Assembly (NCBI RefSeq): GCF_036321535.1 | Contig: NC_087437.1 | Location: 9,550,001-9,614,000, forward strand | From: Camelus dromedarius | Taxonomy: Eukaryota | DNA: 64,000 bases | Reading direction: 5' to 3' | In this document: positions 25,946-36,857 of the stretch, in pieces | Layout of the letters: each line of letters begins with the position of its first letter | How positions within the stretch are numbered: the first letter of the stretch is position 1 | The notes under the pieces: model-generated | What the model was told of the DNA's origin: nothing | Seen by the model: the letters and a program-made list of their open reading frames with translations, nothing else | Databases searched by the model: none | Program-made: the position numbers and the translations under genes

Positions 25946-27140
25946 CGTTTAAAATATATGCCAGGAACTGTGCCAACCTCTGGAGATTCAAGACAGGAGG
26001 CAACCTCTCTCTAGGAGCTCAATTTAAAGGGCCGACACAGCGGCGTATAAACAGGCACCAGCTAACACAGTGAGGTGAGCACAGTAATGACACTGAGCGC
26101 AAACTGGAGTGGAGTCCCCCCAGAGTCAGAGAATAACCCTGGGCACGCAGACCAGGGAAGACATCCCAGTGGATCATAACCAGGAGATGTGGTTTGAAAG
26201 ACAGGACATTCCAAGCAGAGAGAACAGCACGTTCAAAGGCCCAGATGCACACAATAGTTGAGAACATGTTAGAGCAGGCAGGTAGCTAGATGTGAGCTGG
26301 GGAAGAGGGACACGGGCAAATGGCAGAAAAACATGCATCTTATGAACAGCGAGGGTCCTTGGACAGACCGAGAAAAACAGGATCCTCCGGACTGATAAAA
26401 AGCCATACCTTCTGGGTTGACAAGTGTCTTGGAGGCAGAAGGGTGGGACAGGACAGGAATCCCCACCATCCGAATGTAACCTTTCGATCATTATGACCTT
26501 CGTCCAAATGTAACCTTTTGCTTGTGATACCCCCATCTGATTGTAACCTTTTGTTCATCATGACCTCATCCAACCTCCCAGTCAAGACTAAATAAGGACA
26601 GAAAATCCCTCCTCCCCACCTGGGAAGGCAGAGCTGGGAAGAAAATCAGGAAATACAATCCCAAGCCCCGCCCTGCCAATGAATATTCTGCATATTTATT
26701 TTTAGACCCATGTAATGAGCTTGCTAAGGAACCTCGAGGCAGCCACCCGCCTGGGTCTGCCTGCTCTTTTCTTGACAGCACACGACCTATCCCTTAATAA
26801 ATCCTTGCTTTGCTTTCTTGACCTCTGTGTCTTGTTTCTGAAACCTTTCTGCAACAAGACAAGAACGTTCTCATCAACAACAAATATATGCGAAATTAAG
26901 TACGTCTGTTCGACTAATTAGAGATCACTTGGTAACTCTTAGGAGCTAAGGATTTTTAGGAAGATGGGGATCAGAATGTGGAGGATGCAAGATTCCTGCA
27001 ACGTAGCTGGAAGATACCTTCTCGGTATGGATGAACGACTGGAGTGAAGTGTTCTTACAAGGAAAGTGACACGGACAGATTTTCACGTGAAAAAAGAGAA
27101 GTGTAGTGGTGTTGTGAGGGGCAGATTGGAGCAGGGAGTA
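25946..27140 (-). mobile_element. L2 element interrupted by the LTR at 26267-26879
   Basis: TGCCAGGAACTGTGC..GGACATTCCAAGCAGAGAGAACAGCACGTTCAAAGGCCCAGA, resuming after the LTR (GGAAAGTGACA..CAGATTTTCA). Confidence 0.65.
26267..26879 (+). mobile_element. Solo LTR, family A copy 2
   Basis: TGTTAGAGCAGGCAG start, CCTTAATAAATCC polyA signal, ends CATCAACA. Confidence 0.85.
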
Positions 27141-27384
27141 AAACTAAGTTCAGGGAATTCAATTCGGTAATTTTTAGGAAAAAAAATGGTAAGGAAGTGA
27201 ATGCCAGAGATTACAAGATGGAAATAAGCATAGTCAAAAGATTTTAAGATCTTAGGTTTTGGCAGAGAAAGGAAGCTGTGTCTATGATGTCTCCCAGAAG
27301 CCTCAGTTATATTAAATTCAAACATTACATACCCGATTTGTAGAATTTCTAAAATTAAAAATTATCTCATTTCTAAATGATAAT

Positions 27385-27440
27385 GCTGTCTACCAGAAAT
27401 TGACACAACATTGCAAACTGAATATACTTCCAAAAATTTT
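27385..27440 (+). mobile_element. Very short L1 3' tip
   Basis: TGCTGTCTACCAGAAATTGACACAACATTGCAAACTGAATATACTTC matches the ends of other L1 copies in the window. Confidence 0.75.
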
Positions 27441-27784
27441 TTTTCAATTATATCATTGAAAATTTATGTAATATCACCAATGAGATTTATATTAATAAAT
27501 GAAATAGTTATTTGGACCATATCAAAATTAAATTTGAGGCATGAGCAAAGGGATTTCTCTCTCTAACATCAGGAACCAGTAATGTTCCAGAGGTATCTCT
27601 GCTCCCATGCCAATAAAAGAAATTTTGTGACACCATGCATCGACTAGGAAGCATGCTGATGGGAACCAGGGAAACAGAAGTTTGGGAAGCCTGGGATTCC
27701 AGCACCTGAAAGGTTTACTCTACAAATATGTGAAGTTTCAGTGGGCAATAGCTCATCTGTGGGGAGCACTGATGCTTGAATACA

Positions 27785-28340
27785 TGTCACTCATGGCCAC
27801 CCCAAAACTCCATAATTTGATAGTCCCCACAGTGTAAATGGTACCTTCCCAAAGTAGAATGAAGGACAAAATCTTCTTTTCACTGCCTCCCCTAATGCTA
27901 AGACACATACGTGTGAGTTGGGTTCTGCAGTCATATGGGAGACTCTGAGTTTAAACTGAGATACGGGGCGGTGTAGAGGGGATGGAGAGCCCGAGGTATC
28001 CCTTTCCCCTGTTGTACTTGGTGAATAGGTAGCCTGTCTTTGGAATTAAGGGCTTTAAGAGGGAGCTCCCTGATGAGGGGAGAGGTTGAGTGCTTTTGGG
28101 GCCGGCATCTGTGTGGTGGTTTTCTGATGCAAACAAAAATGTGTGGCTGTGACAGAGGCCACAGCTCCCTCTTGGGAGTGGTGAGGGTTGGGGAGGTTAG
28201 GGACGTGAAAGAGGAAAACACTCTTGACATTCACCCTAGAGTCCGTTTCTTTTATTTCTCCAATGAATTCTTAATAAATGTATGTTTAACCTAGGTAAAG
28301 GTGAGTCTGTTATCTGCCATTAAGAATTCTGACCCATACA
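27785..28340 (+). mobile_element. Old ERVL LTR (LTR33/LTR16-like)
   Basis: TGTCAC start; AATAAA at about 28273 then GTGAGTCTGTTATCTGCCATTAAGAATTCTGACCCATACA, a typical ERVL/MaLR LTR end. Confidence 0.6.
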
Positions 28341-28600
28341 CAAACTGCTCATTGAAGTCATCGAAGGCAGCAGAACCTTAAGGAAACAGGAAACTGGGAT
28401 TGGTTTTTCTGATTGGTTGGGTTAGTAGGCAGTGAGGAACCAGTTATCACAGAGAAGGGAACACGGGTAATTCAGGAACAGCAGTCACGACACAGCTACT
28501 GAGATGATCTTTCAAGGGCACATGCAGAGCCTACGGAAGGCAAGACTTTTGGCTGATTAGGTAGAGGGGTCAATAGACTTGCCACTTGGGGCTTTGCTAG
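28341..28600 (+). mobile_element. ERVL internal 5' leader/gag remnant
   Basis: CAGAACCTTAAGG..CTGGGATTGGTT..GGCAGTGAGGA..GGAAGGCAAGACT resembles recalled ERVL internal start; lies directly after the LTR. Confidence 0.5.
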
Positions 28601-28850
28601 CTTAGAGGTTTTTTAAAACCCTGAATAAGGATGCTTAGATCAGTGAACACAACAGTGGTTTTCCCAGGACTGCCACGTGGTTATTTCAGACAACTCATGC
28701 TACTGAAAACTAGGCAAAAGGGAATTAATATGTTACCTGGGTGATTACTCTTTATTATCAAGTGAAAATAGAATGTTTTACAATATTTAGGAAAGAAAAA
28801 TATATTTTGAGTCCAGAAGGTCCAAAGAGATTTTTATTTTTGCCAATGGA

Positions 28851-29484
28851 TGTAACCAGTGTTCCAGGTTCTTGTTCCACCCCAGAAAGAATTAAGAGAA
28901 AAGACTTAGTGGTTAAGAAAAATAAAGTGAGGATTTATTAAGGGATGGATGGGACACTCTCAAGGGGAGAGCAGGCAGGCTCAGGTGAGCGGCTGCCCTG
29001 AGTTTCTTTGGCAAGTTAGTTACACAGGGTGTAAAAATGAGTGGGTGGAATATTCATTGAGGAGGGAAGGGCTTGGGGTTATATTTCCTGATTATCATCC
29101 CAACTCCACCTTCCCAAAGGAAGGAGGGATTTTTGTCCTTATTTAGTCTGGATCAGAAGTGTCATGGTGTCGGTGCATGATGGGTACTTCTGTTCTGCAA
29201 GGCTAATTTTATTGAAATGAGGGCATAATGAGCAAAAGGTTACATTTGGACACTGGAAATTCCTGCCTTTTCTCACCTTTCTTTGTTGGTCTCCAGGCCA
29301 AAAGGCGTGTCCCCTTATCAGCCCCAAGGTTCCTGCTTTTCTTTCTCTGCCCAAGGACCCCTGCCGCTTACATGGTGTGTGGTTTCCTGCATTTGGCCTG
29401 TGCCCCTCCTTTCTGCCCAATTCCTGCCATTTGGTCTGTGTCCCCCTTTCTCTGCTCATATCTAACTCTCTGCCTGCTCTCACA
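28851..29484 (-). mobile_element. Solo LTR, family A copy 3
   Basis: Minus strand TGTGAGAGCAGGCAG...CTGGTTACA with AATAAA (TTTATT on +); TG..CA termini. Confidence 0.9.
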
Positions 29485-29698
29485 TGATGAGTATTTATGA
29501 CCTCATGTTCAGAAACCAGGACTGTGGCAGCGATCCCAATTTTCCTCCCTCCTTACTGGGTCATGTATTTATTTACACATGTTCACTAATTCCCCTTTCT
29601 CCTACCTCCCACCTCCTTACTGTTTCATATAGGGTGTGCCGGTTGTGGCTAACTTTATAACTTATTTCCTAGATATCAGAACACTGAAATAGGATTGT

Positions 29699-30249
29699 TG
29701 AAATGGAGCAGGACCCTGTGGGATCCTCCCCAGTACAAATACTTCCCGAGTCTTCCATTTCTAAAATAAGGACTAGGCTTTATTCAGCCTTTTTTGACCT
29801 TCCCTGAATTCCAAAGGGCAGATTCAAACAGTTGCTAATCAGGAAAGGGAGGGAATGCAGAATAAAAGGAGGAACAGTCAAGAAATAACAGTGCAGCTTT
29901 GGGGCAGGGTCCTGGTTCCTTCTCAAGAAATAGACATAACAATAACTTTTAAGTTCTTCTGCAGGTGGAGGATGGCGACTTCAGGCTGAGCGCAAGATTC
30001 CTGGAGCCCCGCCCTGTTACCTCCCCACCAACCAATCAGAAGGAAGTCATACGCCCTGCTGCCCTCACCCCAAATTTTGCCTATAAAAACTCTTCCCCCA
30101 AAACCATCAGGGAGTTTGGGCTTTTTGAGTGTGACCTGCCTGGCCTCCTTGCTTGGCCCTGCAATAAACCTTTCTCTCCTCCAAACTCTGACATTTCAGT
30201 GAGTCTGGCCTCACTGTGCCTCAGGCACACAAACTTTAGTTCAGTAACA
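29699..30249 (+). mobile_element. Solo ERV1-type LTR (family B) with intact promoter signals
   Basis: TG..CA termini, perfect 4-bp TSD TTGT (29695-29698 / 30250-30253), GC box 30007, CCAAT 30032, TATAAAA 30082, AATAAA 30163. Confidence 0.9.
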
Positions 30250-31064
30250 TTGTGACTGAGCTGGAGGAGAAATGAATATCAAACAGAGATTCTTGACTTG
30301 AAATTATTATTTGGATTGTTACTGGGAAGTGTGCACAACTTCATCTGGATGCATTCATGTGATCATTATATTACTCTAACTAGGTCTGGGAGTTAATCTT
30401 ACCACTGGGTGTATAGGAAAAGAGTGAGCTAAATCCTAATCAAAATTGGACATGGATTTATTCGTTTTTGTTCTTATAATATGTTAGTTTTAAATAAGCT
30501 AATTCATCTAGCTTCTGTCATATTAACCACAACTTACTTGCTCATTTTTACCCACTGTAATTTTCCTTTCATAACATAGATGACTACATCGTGACCACTG
30601 GAATTGTATTTTTGTTCATGCAAATGTTAGATAATGAAGTATTTGAATCAAAATGTACAATTTTCCATTTCTCTAGTATTTAAGTATTGCTTTTGAGGCC
30701 AATTATTTTAAAACAAAAGTGGAAACAATGCACAATAAAGAGATAAAATTACATTTCAGTGGTGTTCAATATCACAAAAAATGTCATTATTACTGAACAG
30801 CAAGGACACCTGGGCACATTTTCACTAATAAAAACCCCTGAAGTCAGCGTAATGGCACTACTCTCTACTGAAACAGCTCATTGTGATAGAATGTTCCTAA
30901 AATAGATATCTGAATGTGATTTCTGGAGAGTTTCATTTTTATTGCCATTGGAACAAACTTCATACATAAACACATAAAAAATGTAGTTCATGCATAAACT
31001 ACTTCCAGGTTATCTTTTCTGCATAGTTTAGAATTTGTAAATGCAATGTCTCCAGTCTAGAGCA

Positions 31065-31805
31065 TACATCACTTAGGATGTTTTAGCTCCAAGGAACATA
31101 ACCAACTAACAATTACAAAAACAACAGGTTATTTCATTTCATCAAATAACAGGAGGACTGATGGTGGCTGTTGTCCAGACTGATTGATGTAGGATCTCAG
31201 TCGTGGCAAATTCCCTCTAATCTTATGGGCATTTCCCTGATGGCACAAGGGCTGCCACAACTCCAAGCATCCCATATGCAAAAGACAGTGCCCAAAGAGA
31301 AGTAAGAAAGGAAGTTTTACTCCTGTGCATCTCCAATTTTACTAGAATGAAAAGCCTTTCCCAGGACCTCTCAGAAGTCATCTCCTCAGGTTCCACTGAC
31401 CAGAACTAGGTCCTATGGCTCTAATCCCATCATGGATAATCTGGAGTGGGATTATGATGCTCAGATTAGAACAAATATGACTCTTCCCCTAGGGCAGTGA
31501 TTCCCACCAGAAGAAGGAGATTCTTTGTCTCCCAGAAGGATAACAGCCACTCCCTGGAGACATTTCTGGTTGTCACAATTTGGGAAGTGGGTTACTAGAT
31601 TCTAGCAAATAAAGGGCAGGCATGCTGTTATGCTCCCTGCAGAACAGCCCATCACAACAAAACTTTTCAGGCCCCAAATATCAATATCAAGTTTGATATC
31701 AAAATATCAAGACTGAGAAACTTGGTCCCAGGATTTCACTCACCTTCCCTGGTTAGTATGACTTTTGAGAAGTGAACAAAATCAAAGGTCTATTAACAAT
31801 AAATC
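31065..31805 (-). mobile_element. Old MLT1 (K/L-like) MaLR LTR split by MER20
   Basis: GGCTGCCACAACTCCAAGCATC..CCTTTCCCAG..TGACCAGAACTAGGTC; resumes after MER20 with TGAACAAAATCAAAGGTCTATTA. Confidence 0.65.
31495..31724 (+). mobile_element. MER20 hAT-Charlie MITE
   Basis: CTGGAGACATTTCTGGTTGTCACAA..GCATGCTG..CACAACAAAAC..GCCCCAAATATCAATA..TGAGAAAC. Confidence 0.8.
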
Positions 31806-31842
31806 AATAGTCTCTCCCAGGAGGGAAAAGATTCTATTGGAT

Positions 31843-32028
31843 AAGTGGTTCTCAAACTTTAGGAAACATCACTTATCCAGAGGGTTTGGTAAACCCAGAC
31901 TGCTGGACCCCTCCCCAGACATTGTGATTCAGTAGTTCTGGGGTAGATGCTCAAAAGATTTGCATTTCTAACAAGTTTCCAGATGATGTTTATCTTTTGG
32001 TCCCTTTAAAACACGTTGAGAACCATTG
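31843..32028 (+). mobile_element. MER5A MITE
   Basis: AGTGGTTCTCAAACTTTAG..TTTGCATTTCTAACAAGTTTCCAGATGATG..TTGAGAACCATTG. Confidence 0.85.
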
Positions 32029-32454
32029 TGTTAGCTTGTGCCCCAGGAGGTTGTGAATATGTATTCATCAGACTGTGACACTGGGCAACTAACTTAATCT
32101 GTCTGCTTCCTCACTGGTGAAATAGGCAATATACTAAAGGTACATTGCTTTATACTTGAACTTTGACTTCTCTGTAACCAAATTTCCCATTGGAATGATG
32201 CTCTCCGCCCCCATGGTACTGGTTGCATTGTGTAATAGAAAATCAAAAAAGTTGAAGATTGTGTTTAAGACACAGTAACATTTGAGCCATATTAAAACAA
32301 AAACAAAAGAACAGACCAGTTGAAGTTCTTCTAAATAGAAGGCCAAACACAGCACCCATGTCAGGGGAAGCAGTTGAAGTTAAAGGGTTAGGAAGCTGGT
32401 AAGACACTTACCCCCTGCCTTTAAGTCAGATACAACATTTGAAAAACTTCACTG

Positions 32455-33130
32455 GGGTCTGAACAGGCTATTTACAAAACAAGAAGTGCAAATTGCTAAC
32501 AAGAAAATGATAAAATGGTCAACCTAACTAGTAAAGAAATGACAATTAAAAAAAAAAGTGAGGTATACTTTCTATGTTTTGACAAAGAGCAAACAAGGAA
32601 AACACTGGATGTTGGTGATCAGGGAAAAAATCACTGGAGCCATGCCTGACACGATTTGGCAAATCTCGGTCTGGAAGGATGATGGAATAAGAAAGAGAAA
32701 ACAAATGACTGAAGCACTCAAATAGGAAATAAAATGAGATGGTTACTAGATTTATGGAAGAATGATAACCAACTTCAAAACAAAAGAACAACATCCACCT
32801 GTTTCATCATGATGATGTTGACAATGATGATGATATACCCTTGTTCATGAATATACTACAAGAAAAAGGAAGAGATGTTAGACAAACGTTCATTGAAATA
32901 TATTAGAAAGGTAGGCAATATGCATACATTATAAACGCTCATTTAGGTATAAAAGAAAACAAACAAAACAATAGACAGGAAAATAATAACGGACAAGTCA
33001 CTCAAGATGAACTATAATGTGGAACTCAGCCAAGAAGGTAAACTGGAAAAATAAAAAAAGTAGTTAATACGGTGGTGTCATTGTGCTTGATATATTTACA
33101 TACGTATATTCTGTGAAATAAAATTCACAT
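32455..33130 (+). mobile_element. Highly degraded L1ME fragments
   Basis: GAACAGGCTATTTACAAAACAAGAAGTGCAAATTGCTAACAAG resembles the ORF2 'NRQF.KEE.QMANK' region. Confidence 0.5.
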
Positions 33131-33135
33131 CTTAT

Positions 33136-33573
33136 TGCAAGACAAAAAAAGTTTAAATACAAAAATCTTCTCTGTCCTTTGGCCTCCTGTCGCCCCCGAC
33201 TGTGCCTTCTGTATCTGCATTATAATCGACCAAACCTCCCCCATCCACAGAAATATAGCTTGACCATAAAAAGCAAAGATGTCCCAACATCAACAAAACA
33301 ACTCTTTGATAACAAGATAACAAGATAACATTCCTTCTTGATCTTGTAAGGACTCCACCCCCCACCATGAACCTTAGATCCGGATTGTGTAAACTTCATT
33401 TAATGTACAGCCCTCTGCCTCGAAAAACTTACATAACTGTGCCTTGACTTCTACCGGGCAGAACAGTTCTCAGACTTTTCTGAGATGCTCTTCCGGGTTA
33501 TAATCCTCAATTTGACTTGAATAAAATTTTCCATTTCTTTCCTGGATTGACTGATCCATTTTTTCATTGGCCA
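33136..33573 (+). mobile_element. ERV1-type solo LTR (family C)
   Basis: GAACAGTTCTCAGACTTTTCTGAGATGCTCTTCCGGGTTATAATCCTCA..GAATAAAATTTTCC U3/R/U5 pattern; boundaries approximate, no TSD seen. Confidence 0.6.
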
Positions 33574-33699
33574 TCCAGACATGTGAAAAGCAAAATGAGC
33601 CATTTGTTCACTAGGTAGTCCTGGTAAGAAGTTTGTAATGACTGACTTGGACAGAGATAAGGACTGGTGATTACTAAATTCCTGGGCCGGTGCTTCATG

Positions 33700-34770
33700 G
33701 ACATCATGTAACTCAGTGCATGCAACAGCCCTCTCAGGAGAGCATTTATCTCCATTTCAGACACAAAGACATTCATGTTCAGAGACATGAACTGACCAGC
33801 CCAGCCCTGCTTAGCATCAAAGACTTTCTACTACACTTATCTTCTAGATCCATATTTTTACTTATCTACTATATCTCTTTCTACTATAATTTTGGCATTG
33901 TCCTTGAATGGTGATAATAAACATCATAACATTAAAGACTAACACTTGTTGAGTAGTAAGTGCTGTGCTAGGTAAATTGCCTGCATTATCCCATTTAATT
34001 CTCTATATAATCCTGTTATCTGTTCCATTTGTACATGATAAAATTAAGAGGATGTGTTCAACGTCATAGAACTCCTACAACCACGTCTGCCTGATTCCAA
34101 AGCCTACACATGAACCACGTTTTCCTATTTTCTTTTTTAAAGTAACTTTTTACTTTTTAATAGGAGGAAAGAAAGGAGGAAAAAATCCAGAGGGAAAAAC
34201 AAATTCTCTGCTGATAATCATCATAGAAAGAAGTATTTGTCCTTCTGTTAGGGATTAGGGAATCTGTGGGAAGGCTCCAGTCTCACCTCCCAAACCCTAG
34301 ACTCTGGTTTAAATTGAAATCTTCATTGCTAAATTTACCAATGGTTCAGTCTCTAAAGTTTGGGAGATTGTGGAAAGTGGGAATTAAAATGGATTTAGAA
34401 GCTGCCTGTCTCTCTCAAAAAGTACATAAATAGCTGGTAATATATACATTAGATAGGGATGTGCTAACAGTGGAGGTTTGACCATTACATAGCGATACCG
34501 AAGGCCGGCATGTACCACGAGCATACCAGATGCCAGACTCTGTGCTGTACACTTTAAAAACACATTGCCACTTATCCTCATCACCGTCTTCTAAGGTACA
34601 TCATTACCTCCATTTCACAGGTAAGGGAAGCGATGGTTAGGGATGGTGAAGTGACGGTTGCCTGACGGGATGGTTTAGAATGGATAAGTAACCAGTTGAC
34701 CGGTAGAGTTAGGAGTTGATTCCCCAGCTATTTAGCTCCCATGCGTATGCGCTCAACCAGCGTGTTAAAG
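33700..34770 (-). mobile_element. Cluster of three MIR fragments (about 33700-33830, 33940-34120, 34510-34770)
   Basis: Repeated CTCCATTT(C/G)A(G/C)A..core and TGTGCT..ATTATCCCATTTAATTCTC tails. Confidence 0.6.
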
Positions 34771-35489
34771 GGCAAAACAGACAGCTTTGTAGAAAGCTCT
34801 GTGAATGAGAAGCGTTAGCACACAAGTCAGTAAAGAAAGACCCAGACTGACAGGTATTTTTGAGGGTGAAAAGGAAGGTGGGAAGACTTTGATAATGGGT
34901 GAAGGATCTCTGCAGAAGGAAGGAAGGCCCAGATGAGCCCACAGCCTGGTGTTGGAGCCGCCACGTGGAGCTTGCTTGCCAGTGTCAGCTTCCGGGAACA
35001 GCAGGGGTGGTCAGAGTCGCCTCCACTGGGCGACAGACTGCTATTCTGAGCTCAAGCTCTGCCCTTCCATAGAAGGGGGCCCGAGTCCCATCTACCTACA
35101 CAGTTAGACCCAGCGTTGCTTTCCTCCACGTCAAAATGTTTGTAGAAGTATATATTAACTATCTTCATTGAAAACTTCATTCTATTCATTACAAGTTCAC
35201 TTTAAAGTTAGTGCAAAATCTTCAAGGATACACAAGTTTGTGTATCGGTCTTAGAGGCCTCAAACTACTGATCACTCCACACGAAATAGTTTCCTGTCTG
35301 ATGGGAATAGATCAAGTTATCTGACTTCAGGTTCTGTCCTCATTTTACAAAATAAAGTCATTTTAATGACAAAGAAATGAAAAGAAAGGAAGCAGGAATG
35401 AATAGAGTTTGGGAGTAGAAATGAGTGGTGCTTATGTAACAATCAACAGATTGATGTCACTGAAAATTATTTTTCCTTGGGTTACTATT

Positions 35490-35946
35490 TGTATGTATGT
35501 ATGTATTTTTAAGCATAGTTGATTTACATTGTTGTATTAGCTTCTGATGTACAGCACAGTGATTTGTCATCCATCTATATATAGGTACACGTTCTTTTTC
35601 ATTATGGGTTATTACAAGTTATTGAATACAGTTCCCTGTGCTAAACATTAGGACCTTGTTGTTTATGTATTTTATATACAGTAGTTTGTATCTGCTAAGC
35701 CCAAACTCTTAATTTATCACTCCCTGCCTTTCCCTTCTGGTAACCATACATTTGTATTCTATGTCTGTGAGTTTGTTTCTGTTTTGTAAATAAATTCATT
35801 TGTCTAATTTTTTTTTAGATTCTACATATAAGAGATATCATGTGATATTTGTCTTTGTTTGGCGTACTTCACTTAGCATGATCATCTCCAGGTCCACCCA
35901 TATTGCTGCAAATGGCATTATTTCATTCTTTTTTATAGCTGAGTAT
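35490..35946 (-). mobile_element. 5'-truncated L1 3' end
   Basis: ATAGTTGATTTACATTGTTGTATTAG..TTAGATTCTACATATAAGAGATATC..TTTTTATAGCTGAGTA. Confidence 0.9.
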
Positions 35947-36689
35947 GACCGACTGTATTTATTTTTAATATTTTAATTTGATTTTCTAGGAAGCAAGGCA
36001 AAGATGTCTGAAATAAAAAGACATTCAAATTTGTGATACAATTATTAGATAAGAATAACTAACTGCTTCACTTTGTCTTTACAGAATTATAATGGTATCT
36101 GTCTTTTAATTAGCCTCATCAATGCTAGCCGATTTCTTTAGTTTTTGAAATGACTCAAAGTTCACCATTGGCCTGGTGGAAGGATAACTTAGTTTCCGGC
36201 ATGGTGATTTGTAAATAAACAACCTTGCAGGACTAGATTTGCAGTTCCACACCTGTAAAATGACTGCACTTGTCACACGGTGACGTGAGGTCTTGAGATC
36301 ATAATATGAGCCAAACCATCGTCATCTTCTAAAAAGGAATGACCCATTTTAGTCACTAGTGATACGCGCAAGCTCTTTAGTCTTAGGGCAGAAACTGATC
36401 ATTAGAAGGACTTGGGAAGGCATTTCCTCCTCTTTCAGACACAGCATCACAGAATTAGATGTGTGTATGAGGAGGCTCACTTCAAATAAGAACCACTGCC
36501 GGGGGCAAAATACAATATTTGATGCAATGATTCAGTCATTTAAAATAGGACCCAAGTTCCATTGTGTCACATTCACACCTGTGCTCTGTTTTAAAAAAGA
36601 TCCTTGGAGTCTGTGAGGCTGGCTTAATAGCACCCTCTCAGGCAGGCAAAAGGCCATGAGTCTAAGCGAGCATTCTATGAAAATCAAAA

Positions 36690-36857
36690 TTGATGGCTGA
36701 CACAGAACCTTTATAGGTTGATGGAATTTTCTGTATTTTGGTTGTGGTGGTGGTTACATTGTTGGAAATATTTCTCAGAATTCACTGAACCATGCATTTA
36801 AAATAAGTATGTTCCGTTTTAGGGAAATTATACCTCAATAAAGTTGATTTAAAAAAA
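36690..36857 (+). mobile_element. L1MC/MD-type 3' tip
   Basis: TTGATGGAATTTTCTGTATTTTGGTTGTGGTGGTGGTTACA..AATTATACCTCAATAAAGTTGATTTAAAAAAA. Confidence 0.75.

Noticed and set aside
26174..26536. ORFs overlapping LTRs (also 29139-29483 and 29965-30255)
   Set aside because: They lie within non-coding LTR sequence and show no gag/pol/env motifs
10335..26879. Full provirus bounded by same-strand LTR copies 1 and 2
   Set aside because: 16 kb apart, different U3 structure, no PBS or gag/pol between them, and each is embedded in its own L2 host
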